A stretch of DNA of 16,829 bases from Octopus sinensis. Its lineage: Eukaryota. A program made the translations under genes and the position numbers. Each line of letters begins with the position of its first letter. Position 1 is the stretch's first letter. Of the stretch, positions 1 to 8,960 are shown piece after piece. The DNA is taken from positions 1 to 16,829 of the forward strand of contig NW_021825055.1 of NCBI RefSeq assembly GCF_006345805.1, given 5' to 3'. The notes beneath the pieces are model-generated. The model was not told the DNA's origin, ran no database searches, and saw only the letters and a list, made by a program, of their open reading frames with translations.

Positions 1-22
1 TTGAAAGAAAGGCACCAATCCA

Positions 23-110
23 GGGCGGCTGAATGGCGGAATCGTTAGAGCATCAGTCGAGATACCTTGCGGTATCTGTTTCTACTCTATGTATCCTGAA
101 TTAAACCCCA
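23..110 (+). mobile_element. Degenerate tRNA-derived SINE head (family B)
   Basis: GGCGGCTGAATGGCGGAATCGTTAGAGCATC...GATACCTTGCGGTAT resembles the reverse complement of the better-preserved family B copies at 5341-5550 and 16381-16612; B-box region is decayed. Confidence 0.45.
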
Positions 111-427
111 CCTCATCATCGAGAAACAGTGACACCACTGAGAGGAGTTGCCGCAGAGAGTATCAGTAATTAAGAAGAAAAAAATGAAAAAAAAATAGTT
201 TCGTTATTTTCATCGGAAGATGTATTTACTCTGCGAATAAAATCATGGTGCGTCTGCTGGCGATGAAACTGTCAACGCAGTATTGAGTAGCGAGGAAATT
301 GCCGACGTGGTATTGGCTGACAAGCAAATTGTAGTCAATGAATTTGCTGTAAGCGATGAAACTTCTTGCTTTGAATTCACACTGACCACGAAGAGAATTT
401 AGGGAGAAAATAAATGAAATTACTCAC

Positions 428-588
428 TCGATCTGCACTGGCGAAATTCTTGAAAAATCGGCCAACACACTTATATATGTGTATATAACCATTGTTAACT
501 GCCTTAACAGCAATGAGTTCGTTTGTTTCCTGGTTTACGTGATGTCTCACATGACATGTAATAAATGTGGTCAACCCTACAATGTAAT
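428..588 (-). CDS. Candidate internal coding exon, unknown product (DYIVGLTTFITCHVRHHVNQETNELIAVKAVNNGYIHIYKCVGRFFKNFASADR)
   Basis: On the minus strand: acceptor TTTTTGACCGCAG (AG at 590-589), a 161-nt stop-free, non-repetitive stretch inside ORF 377..655, then donor CGA|GTGAGT (GT at 427-426) and an AT-rich intron. No homolog recognised. Confidence 0.4.
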
Positions 589-659
589 CTGCGGTCAAAA
601 ACTGCACATGCGCGTTAAAGAATAATTCATAACATTGCTTCTTGTTGGAAAACATCCGG

Positions 660-713
660 AGAGAGAAAGAGAAAGGAAGAGGGAGAGAAAGAGAGAAGGA
701 GAAAAGAATAGAC

Positions 714-756
<43 letters not shown>
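660..756. repeat. (GA)n purine microsatellite
   Basis: Directly visible GA/GAGAAA run. Confidence 0.95.
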
Positions 757-758
<2 letters not shown>

Positions 759-984
759 TGAGAGGGGGAATCGTCTTAACAAGACTATCAAATGACTATC
801 AATGCCACAAATTGGGATATTGGAAATTTGAGGATTAAGGTTGTTATTCTTATTAAGTAATTAATCCGTACATCGACGATAGATAAGAGCTGCGTGACAT
901 TAATTGGCTTACGACACAACGATGCCAATCTGCGCCTTAAAACATTCTATGGACACTTGATTCAAATGTAAACAAATCATTTGC

Positions 985-987
<3 letters not shown>

Positions 988-1024
<37 letters not shown>

Positions 1025-1041
1025 CGTGTGTGTGTGTGTGT
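988..1041. repeat. (TG)n microsatellite
   Basis: Directly visible. Confidence 0.95.
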
Positions 1042-1184
1042 TTGAAAACTCTTACATTCCCAACGAATATCATGTCTTTCCTTTGATTAATATATTCTCT
1101 TTCAATCTTTCGAGAAGTTTATCTTTCAACTAATATATTTTCGTCGACTGTGTTTTCGACGAATGGTTCTAAACGCTCACGCAG

Positions 1185-1185
<1 letters not shown>

Positions 1186-1256
<71 letters not shown>

Positions 1257-1296
1257 GCATACACAGGCTCATATAGTGCGTATGTACAAAGAAATG

Positions 1297-1337
<41 letters not shown>
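1186..1337. repeat. (CA)n and (TA)n microsatellites
   Basis: Directly visible: CA run ~1186-1255, TA run ~1297-1337. Confidence 0.95.
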
Positions 1338-1340
<3 letters not shown>

Positions 1341-1501
1341 AGGCACAGGAGTGGCTGTATGGTAAGTAGCTTGCTTATCAACCACATGGTTCAGTTCCAT
1401 TGCGTGGCTCCTTGGGCAAGTATCTTATACTATGTCACCGGGCCGACCAAGCCTTGTGAATGGATTTGGTAGACGGAAACTGGAAGAAACCCATCGTATA
1501 A

Positions 1502-1579
<78 letters not shown>

Positions 1580-1768
1580 CTGTGTTTGTCCAACCCCCAA
1601 CATTGCATGACAACCGATGCTGGTGTGTCTACGTCCTCGTAACTTAGCGGTTCTGCAAAAGAAACCGACAGAAAAAGTACTAGGCTTACGAAGTCCTGGG
1701 ACCGATTTGCGCGGCTAAAGGCGGTGCTCCAGCATAGCCGCAGTCAAATGACTGAAACAAGTTAAAGA
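1341..1768 (+). mobile_element. tRNA-derived SINE, family A, near full length with internal (TA)n(TG)n expansion
   Basis: A-box-like TGGCTGTATGG, decayed B-box, CCTTGGGCAAG core-like motif, and 3' half ending GCGGTGCTCCAGCAT..GCCGCAGTCAAATGACTGAAAC; colinear with the copies at 7126-7484 and 15886-16249. Confidence 0.9.
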
Positions 1769-1916
1769 CTAAAATAATGAAAGAATATTTGTGTGTGTGT
1801 GTGTGTGTGTATATATAAACACATTTATCGGGATTTACATGTGCGGATCAAAACAGTTTCATTCAAATTATATATATATATATATATATATGGTGTGTGT
1901 GTGTGTGTGTGTGTGT

Positions 1917-2066
1917 ACATTATTTACATTATCTTCATTTGACGGAAATTTGTCCTCATCATGTTTGCTGTTAACTAAACATTTCGGCTGGTATACCCTC
2001 CAGCCTTCATCAGGTGTCTTGGTGATTTTTCAAACCTGGGTTCTCATTCCTAAGGTATTTTTCGAT
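1917..2066 (-). mobile_element. Penelope-like repeat segment carrying a hammerhead ribozyme (left arm)
   Basis: Inverted copy of 3036-3184: 2036-2062 is a perfect 27-bp reverse complement of 3042-3068, and 1978-2020 matches 3084-3126 at 42/43 positions. Confidence 0.8.
1973..2018 (-). ncRNA. Minimal type I hammerhead ribozyme (probably degenerate)
   Basis: Minus strand reads GACAC-CUGAUGA-A-GGCUG-(GAGGGUAUAC)-CAGCC-GAAA-U-GUU-UAGUU: conserved core boxes and a perfect 5-bp stem II. Stem I 3' strand has two mismatches and position 15.2 is U. Confidence 0.8.
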
Positions 2067-2113
2067 GTTGTTGTTTTATTATTATTATTATCATTATTAT
2101 TATTATTATTATT

Positions 2114-2667
2114 GAGTGAGCGAGCAGAGCATGCCATCAAAGTGACACTGGGGTAAAATATACGAAGCCCAGTATACCCATCATGACTACCCGTCTGATA
2201 AGGGTACACCAGGCACATGCATCACAACCATATGTGCGCGACATGGTGATCTCATATCAAGATAAACAGCACATGACCTTGCAGGTGGAGCCCAGTTAGA
2301 ATTTTCTTCAGGTCGAGTAACCCATCCCGCTCAAAAGGTCCCTGAATAAGGGTTGTTTAAGGACGTTGAACGAAACACCCATGTTTCCAGAGGTGAATTA
2401 TTCAAACCCCAAAGAATCCTTCTCAACACATGGCTATGATGCTCCCCCACTACTTCTGCTCATGATCAGAGATGCACATATTGTCAGCCACTAAGGGACA
2501 TGCTCAACTGGTAAGGTCAAACAACTGACAAGCAAATCTGTGGTATTGAGCAGAATATTTGCTGTAGCCCATCTTTTTACCAAGACAAAACAATGTACAT
2601 GATACACTTCCAATCAGTTAAGATCAGAAGCCATGAGAGCCACTGCCTGGTACTGCATCAGGGCATT
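2114..2667. mobile_element. ~550 bp non-coding interspersed element inserted in an (AAT)n tract
   Basis: Complex, non-microsatellite block bounded sharply by (TAT)n on both sides and interrupting one arm of the inverted repeat; no credible ORF. Recalled as a common octopus repeat (unverified). Confidence 0.7.
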
Positions 2668-2757
2668 TATTATTATTATATTATTATTATTATTATTATT
2701 ATATTATTATTATTATTATTGTTTTTGTTGTTGTTGTTGTTGTTGTTTATCATTATG

Positions 2758-2823
<66 letters not shown>
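2668..2823. repeat. (ATT)n microsatellite with (GTT)n interruption
   Basis: Directly visible. Confidence 0.95.
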
Positions 2824-2827
<4 letters not shown>

Positions 2828-2881
2828 TCACTATCTGGAATTGAACTCGCCCAAGATTCCGAGTTCGATTCCAGGCAATGA

Positions 2882-2887
<6 letters not shown>
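2822..2887. repeat. Inverted repeat, 28-bp arms (24/28) with 10-nt spacer; contains tRNA B-box
   Basis: TTCAGGTCACTATCTGGAATTGAACTCG (2822-2849) / CCCAAGATTC / CGAGTTCGATTCCAGGCAATGACCTGAA (2860-2887). GAGTTCGATTCC matches the Pol III B-box/tRNA T-arm consensus. Confidence 0.9.
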
Positions 2888-2952
<65 letters not shown>

Positions 2953-2966
2953 TAATAATAATAATA

Positions 2967-3010
<44 letters not shown>

Positions 3011-3030
3011 TAACAATAATAATAATAATA
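2886..3030. repeat. (AAT)n microsatellite
   Basis: Directly visible; opposite polarity to 2668-2823. Confidence 0.95.
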
Positions 3031-3035
3031 AAAAA

Positions 3036-3184
3036 CATGGAAAAAATACCTTAGGAATGAGAACCCAGATTCGAAATTTCCCCAAGACACCTGATGAAGG
3101 CTGGAGGGTATATCAGCCGAAATGTTTTGTTAACAAAAAACGAGATGAGAACAAAATTCCTCATCTCTTAAATTTAGAACTGTA
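3036..3184 (+). mobile_element. Penelope-like repeat segment carrying a hammerhead ribozyme (right arm)
   Basis: Inverted match to 1917-2066; also has a perfect 8-bp hairpin GAGATGAG/CTCATCTC (3142-3167) downstream of the ribozyme. Confidence 0.8.
3086..3131 (+). ncRNA. Minimal type I hammerhead ribozyme (probably partly degenerate)
   Basis: GACAC (3086-3090), CTGATGA (3091-3097), A, GGCTG/CAGCC stem II (3099-3103/3114-3118), GAAA (3119-3122), T, GTT (putative cleavage triplet 3124-3126), TTGTT (stem I 3' strand, one mismatch). Very short stem III, as in Penelope-type minimal hammerheads. Confidence 0.85.
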
Positions 3185-3368
3185 TTATATAAATATATAT
3201 ATGCGCGCGCGCGTGTATGCGTGCGCATGTCTGTATGTGTTTGTGTGTGTATGTAAGCATTGTTAAAAGTGTAAATTCTTCATAAGTTACTCTGGGGCTC
3301 GCATTTTCGCGTATGAACCTTGAGAAACCCATACATGTACATTGGATACACACACACACACACACACA

Positions 3369-3414
<46 letters not shown>

Positions 3415-3565
3415 TGTAGACACATGCCCACACACTCGCATTGCAAAGGTTGCATATCAACAAAAGATACACGGGTGTATATATGTATATACAGGTGTAC
3501 ACAGATATACATACATATACATATACACACAATAGAGACGCAAGCGCACACGCACACTCAGACTT

Positions 3566-3602
<37 letters not shown>

Positions 3603-4448
3603 AACGTATACACGCACACACAGATACACACGGCATCTACAGATAAATATGGATTATACGTCTTCGCATAAACTGCACGTTAACGGTAATCCTACGTTGC
3701 AGTCACATTACACAGCCGTATATGTACACACACACACACACACACATATATAATCACAAATTCACACACACAAATATATATACGTAGATTCCGACATATA
3801 CACACATACACATACGTACGTGTTTGTGTTGTTGCATGTGTGCGTGCCTCTATGCGTGTGTACGTAGAAATGCTATCTCTAGCGTGACTCTTCCAAGACA
3901 GGCTTCACCATTCGTCAGCAGCCAAACCTCACTGAAAACAAAGACACCCCATCACACCTTCGCCACTCTCTCTCTATCCATCTGTCTATCTATTTAGCAG
4001 TCTGTCTCTTTTTCTCTATCTCTTTCTACCCATTCCTCTCTCTGTTTCTTTCTCTTTCTTACTATGTCTCTCTCTCTCTCTCCCCCCCTCTCTCTATTTC
4101 TCAATAGCTGCCTCTTTCAATGAATATTCTTGTCTGTCTCTCAGTTCTCTTCTTTTAAGCCTATCTCTCTGTTTTGTCAGTCTCTCTGTCTGTCTGTCTG
4201 TCTCTCTCTCTCGCTTTCCTTTCCTCTCTCTGAGTGTGTGTGAAACCTACACTGTCTGCATGTGTGTGAGTATGTGTGAATGAGTTGTGTTTAGTTACTC
4301 TGTGAAAAAGATCTTCCCTTCTCTCTAACTTTTTGCATGATTGTTCGCACCAGTCTGTCATCCATCCATCCATCCACCCACTCATCAGCATCGGTTGTCA
4401 AGTGATGTTGGGGGCAAACGGAGACACACATGCATACACACACACACA

Positions 4449-4577
4449 CGACGGGCTTCTTTCAGTTTCCCTCTACCAAATCCACTCCCAAGGCTTTGGT
4501 CGGCCCGAAGGCTATAGTAGCGCAAGGTGCTACGCAGTGGGACTGAACTCGGAGCCATGTGGTTGGTAAACAAGCTA
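4449..4577 (-). mobile_element. Family A SINE 5' half, inverted
   Basis: Reverse complement reads TAGCTTGTTTACCAACCACATGG...GAGTTCAGTCCCACTGCGTAGCACCTTG...GAAACTGAAAGAAGCCCGTCG, matching the 5' half of 7126-7484. Confidence 0.9.
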
Positions 4578-4607
4578 TATATATATATATATATATAATA
4601 TTTTAAA

Positions 4608-4822
4608 TGTGTCGTGTCTTTGTGTCGGCGTTTGTCCCCCCCCCTATCGCTTGACAACTGGTGTTGTTGTGGTTACGTCCCCGTAACCTTGCGGTTCGAC
4701 AAAAGAAAACCGATAGAATAAGTACCAGGCTTAAGAAAAATAAGTTCTGGAGTCGACTAAAACATGCTTCAATGCTGTGCCCCAGCATGGCCGTACTCTA
4801 ATGACTGAAAGTAGTAAAAGAT
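4608..4822 (+). mobile_element. Family A SINE 3' half
   Basis: TTTGTCCCCC...ATCGCTTGACAAC...TACGTCCCCGTAAC...CGATAGAATAAGTAC...CAGCATGGCCG...AATGACTGAAA, colinear with the 3' halves of the other family A copies. Confidence 0.85.
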
Positions 4823-5157
4823 AGAACAAAAACAAAACAAATTTTCATTTTTCATCCTGACGGAGTCAATGCCCCACCCCCGTCATACACACAAACAGAA
4901 CACCCATTAACCGAAGGCATTGGATTGGCGGGTATGGGTGGGGAGAGACTGTAAGAACGCCAGAGAGGATGTCATACGATATTTATTCTGGATCTTTGAA
5001 TTCTGAGTTCAAATCCTGCTATGGTCAGCGAGCAGGAGAGTTCACTCTTCGTCCGGTTGAACATAACCAAGTCACACTTTGTTTGCCTTCACCAGAGTTC
5101 ACATTGGTGTATGTATTTGCCTCACGCCACGAGGAAAATGCCTTCGAAAGGGCTATA

Positions 5158-5340
<183 letters not shown>

Positions 5341-5550
5341 TCCTTTCTACTATAGGCACAAGGCCTGAAATTTGGATGAGGGGGGATAGTCGGTTACATT
5401 GACCCTAGTGTTTTACTGGTACTTAATTAACAATGCCGAAAGGATGAAAGGCAAAGTCGACTTCGGCGGAATTTGAACCCAGAACATGAAGACGGACAAA
5501 ATACCGCTAAGCAGTTCGCCAGGCGTGCTAACGATTCTGCCAGCTCACCG
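5341..5550 (-). mobile_element. tRNA-derived SINE, family B, near full length
   Basis: Reverse complement has A-box-like GAGCTGGCAGAATCG, B-box GGGTTCAAATTC, the body CTTTGCCTTTCATCCTTTCGG, and a 3' end running into (ATT)n. Confidence 0.9.
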
Positions 5551-5562
5551 AATAATAATAAT

Positions 5563-6645
5563 TTGTTGACGATGTATGGAGCTCACCATCCGAAAGCTGA
5601 TATCAACCGGGTGTACTTGAGGAGAGACCAGGGTAGAAGAGACTTAGTAGCAATAGGAGAATGTGTACAGATGGCAAGAAAAAGTCTAGAAGAGTATTTA
5701 CAGAGCAACAAAGAAAAAACTACTAAAGATAGTTAAGAAAGAACAGATGATGAAGCACGGAATAGAAGGGAAGGACAAGAATGTAATCCAAAGAGAGCAC
5801 GTCAGAGAGATCTGGAGAGCATCTGAAGACGGATGTGGAACAAAATCCTGGGTTTGCTGAAAAAAGCGGCAATTAAAGAAATGAAACAAAAAACCTAATT
5901 GTAGCAGCCTAAGATCAAGTGATAAAGATCAACAACTTGAGAAAAAATATATATGGAGAGAATGTGTCAGAAAAATGTAGAGCCTGTAGAACTTGGAACG
6001 AGACAATGGCACACACTGCGGCAGAATGCCCCAAATTGGCACAGGAAGAATATAAGAAATGGAAGCACGACAGGTTGTAAATGTTTTAGGCTGGAAACTG
6101 TGCCAGAAATGGGGATTTGAAACTAGAAACACATGGTACAATCATTGAGTCGAAAGAGTACTGGAGTCAGAGAAATGTAAGATTTTGTGGGACTTCCCTA
6201 TTCAAACGGACAAGAAGTTAGTAAATAATAAACCAGATATTACAATCATAGATAATGAAAAGCGAAGCTGCTTAATTATCGACCCATCATGCCCGTTTGA
6301 TTCCAGGATCGTAAAGAAAGTGGAAGAAAAAGAAAAAGAATATAATCCCTTATACTTTGAAATAGAAAGAACTTGGGACACGAGAACTGTAAAGGTCGTT
6401 CCTATAATAATTGGTTGGTTGGAAAGAGTAAGCAGAGACAGAGACAAATGGCTGAAGGAGATTCAAATAGAACGTCCGGTAGAGTTCCTCGTGAAATTTT
6501 GCCTCTTAGGGAGAGCAAGGATTATCAGGAGGGTCCTAAGCATTTGAAAGACTGCCGAAAACTTGTGGATATCTAAGGTTATAGGTAGTAACCCGCTACC
6601 CTCATAAACCCTACTAGGAATAAGACCAAACCTGAGCTTTGTTTT

Positions 6646-6646
<1 letters not shown>
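5563..6646 (+). mobile_element. 5'-truncated, pseudogenised R4/Dong-clade non-LTR retrotransposon
   Basis: Interrupted reading frame: LLTMYGAHHPKADINRVYLRRDQGRRDL (post-RT), VAA*DQ, CX2CX8HX4C knuckle CRACRTWNETMAHTAAEC (5976-6029), then WDFPIQTD..KPDI..D..LIID..P (RLE). Stop at 5910-5912, frameshift near 6073, ~100-bp 3' UTR, AAT repeats on both sides. Confidence 0.9.
6185..6547 (+). pseudogene. Restriction-like endonuclease (PD-(D/E)xK-type) C-terminal domain of the R4/Dong element
   Basis: WDFPIQTDKKLVNNKPDITIIDNEKRSCLIIDPSCPFD...VVPIIIG...CLLGRARIIRRVL is the typical R4/Dong C-terminus; the KxxKY motif reads KEKEY. Confidence 0.9.

Positions 6647-6702
<56 letters not shown>
6647..6702. 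repeat. (AAT)n tract at the 3' end of the Dong element (target/tail)
   Basis: Directly visible; Dong elements are known to target (TAA)n. Confidence 0.95.
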
Positions 6703-6704
<2 letters not shown>

Positions 6705-7125
6705 TATTAATAATCGATTTTCTATATAATAATAAATGAATACATAGAAGCTAAATGTAAGCAGGAGAATTATTCATCGATCGGCTGGAAGGGGAACAGA
6801 AAGAAACGGATAAACCCCAGGGTCGACAGATCAGTTACATTAAAAGTAGCACCAAATTTTCAAACAATGTTGGATGAAAGTGAGTTAATGAGTTAAAGAC
6901 CCTATAAAGGAATGAAAGAATATAAGTGAAGAATGGGAGAATAAGTTTAAGAATGAATGAAAAACTCGTGTTATGCATTGATGACAGAGCGAAAAGAAAT
7001 AACGAAATGAATAAAAGAATGAAAGTTTGTACGGAATGAGGAATATGAAGAAGATTTTGGGAATAAAATGAATGAAAATTTAATAGAAGGTAAGAATGAA
7101 AGTAATAAAATGAATAAGGTCATTT

Positions 7126-7484
7126 AGGTGTAGGAGTGACTGTGTGGTAAGTAGCTTGCTTACCAACCACATGGTTCCGGGTTCAGTCCCACTGCGTGGC
7201 ACCTTGGGCAAGTGTCTTCTACTATAGCCACGGGCCGACCAAAGCCTTGAGAGTAGATCTGGTAGAATCCCGTCGTATATATGTGTTTGTGTGTCTGTGT
7301 TTGTCCTCCCAACATCACTTGACAACCGATGGTAGAGTGTTTACGTCCCAGTAAATCAGCGGTTCGGCAAAAGGGACCGATAGAATAAGTACTAGGCTTA
7401 CAAAGAATAAGTTCTGGTGTCGATTTGCTCCACTAAAAGGCGGTGCTCCAGCATGGCCGCAGTCAAATGCCTGAAACAAGAGTA
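7126..7484 (+). mobile_element. tRNA-derived SINE, family A, full length
   Basis: GGAGTGACTGTGTGGTAAGTAGCTTGC head, B-box GGTTCAGTCCC (7180-7190), CACCTTGGGCAAGTGTCTT core-like motif, conserved 3' half. Confidence 0.92.
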
Positions 7485-7789
7485 AGTTTATGAATAAGTG
7501 GACAACTGAAAAAAAAATGTATTAAAGAATAAAAAAGACCAAAAATACGAAAAATAAAATATATAGAAAATGAAGGATTAGAGAATAAAAAGAATAAAGG
7601 AATAAAGGAATGAAAGAATGGAGCTTAGTGCAAAGTTATCAAAAAGTTCTGAAGAGAGATGAAAGATAGAGAGAGAGAGAACAGAGAGGGAGAGGAGAAA
7701 AGAATTAGAAAGAGTGAGTTTGAGGGAGAGAAAGAAAGAGAAAGAGGTAAATGAATTGATAGATTAGAGCATAAATAGATATGTAGAAA

Positions 7790-7793
7790 GATT

Positions 7794-7868
<75 letters not shown>

Positions 7869-7960
7869 TTAGATAGATAGATATTGTATATATAGATAGA
7901 TAGATAGATAGATATAGATAGATAGATAGATAGATAGATAGTTTACCAGATAGATAGATG
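7790..7960. repeat. (GACA)n/(GATA)n tetranucleotide microsatellite
   Basis: Directly visible. Confidence 0.95.
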
Positions 7961-8227
7961 GGATAGAAAATAGGAAAAAATGTGAGAATCTTCGTGTGCG
8001 AATGAGGGAGAAAGAAAGAGAAATAAAAAGAGAAGGGGAAAGAAAAATAGAGGCAGTGAGAAAAGGAGGAACAGCTGCGGGAGGAGGAGATAGTAGAGAA
8101 GGAGTAGAGGAATGAGGAAGGAAAAGAGGCGAGGGAGAGAGAAAGAGAGAGAGAGAAAGAGAGAGAGATGTGAGGAAAGTTTCCCATCAGCACGTTTTTC
8201 TACCAATCTAAAGAATGGGTTGGACAA

Positions 8228-8485
8228 AACAACAACAAAACTAACTACTACTACTGCTGCTACTACTACTGCTGCTGCAACTGCAACTGCTGCTACGACT
8301 GCTGCTGCAGCTGGTGCGGTCGAGCAATTCGTCAAAATGTGTTTTACTACGGAATAATACAACCAGAGTATTCGTGTAGAGGGAACCCGCCTTCCAGCTT
8401 CCACTCAGCTGAGGGACGGCCACCGAGTGGAACGGCCGCTGCTGCTGCTGCTGCTGCTGCTGCTGCACCACTACTACTACTACTA

Positions 8486-8530
<45 letters not shown>
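8228..8530. repeat. Mixed trinucleotide tracts (CTA/GCT)n flanking a short unique core
   Basis: Directly visible: ACT/GCT runs 8243-8310, GCT run ~8438-8465, CTA run ~8470-8530. Confidence 0.9.
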
Positions 8531-8544
8531 AAGAAGCCTATACC

Positions 8545-8715
8545 TGGTCAATTCACGAAAAATATCGGCCAAATCTGCCTCCCGGATATTGTCTTGAAAA
8601 AACAGAACGATGTAAACCAACGTATAATCATTGAAAGGACGAGATGGTCGTAGTTGGAACCCCGCTGATCATAGATCAGCTTGATCAGGGCTGACCTTGG
8701 GCCAAACAACAGCAA
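8545..8715 (+). mobile_element. Degenerate retroposon 3' tail ending in (AAC)n
   Basis: GATGGTCGTAGTTGGAACCCCGCTGATCATAGATCAGCTTGATCAGGGCTGACCTTGGGCCAAACAACAGCAAC resembles, from memory, an octopus SINE tail; no second copy in the window to confirm. Confidence 0.4.
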
Positions 8716-8764
8716 CAAGAATAAAAACAGTAACTGCTACAACCAAAACGACAGCAACATGTGC

Positions 8765-8960
8765 GACCACCACCACCACCACCACCACCATCACCACCAC
8801 CAACATCACCACCACTACCTCCATTACTGTTACGCCTACTACTACTACAGCAAATAACAACAGTAGCGTGGTCTGCAAGACTAACAAGTGGAACTACTAC
8901 TACTACTACTGCTACTACTACTGCTACTACTACTACTACTACTACTACTACGCCGCCGCC
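8765..8960. repeat. (CCA)n, (CTA)n and (CGC)n trinucleotide tracts
   Basis: Directly visible. Confidence 0.9.

Noticed and set aside
428-500. Resemblance of GYIHIYKCVGRFFKNF to H-NOX (soluble guanylate cyclase), or of LIAVK to kinase subdomain II
   Set aside because: Only a few residues match and the flanking conserved motifs are absent; no gene name assigned.
2600-2667. Possible ribozyme at the end of the 550-bp element (CCCTGATGCAG on minus; CTGAAGA near 2305)
   Set aside because: No stem II plus GAAA follows either motif, and I could not build a consistent HDV-like pseudoknot by eye.
2668-3030. Repeat-spacer-repeat pattern as a CRISPR-like array
   Set aside because: Simple trinucleotide tracts in a eukaryotic context; no regular direct repeats with unique spacers and no cas genes.
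3288-3315. Minus-strand microexon candidate (FIRENASPR) with AGA|GTAACT
   Set aside because: Weak donor and short pyrimidine tract; indistinguishable from chance.
8339-8653. 104-aa ORF with poly-A/L/Y as a gene
   Set aside because: The middle is microsatellite and the C-terminal part overlaps an apparent decayed retroposon tail.
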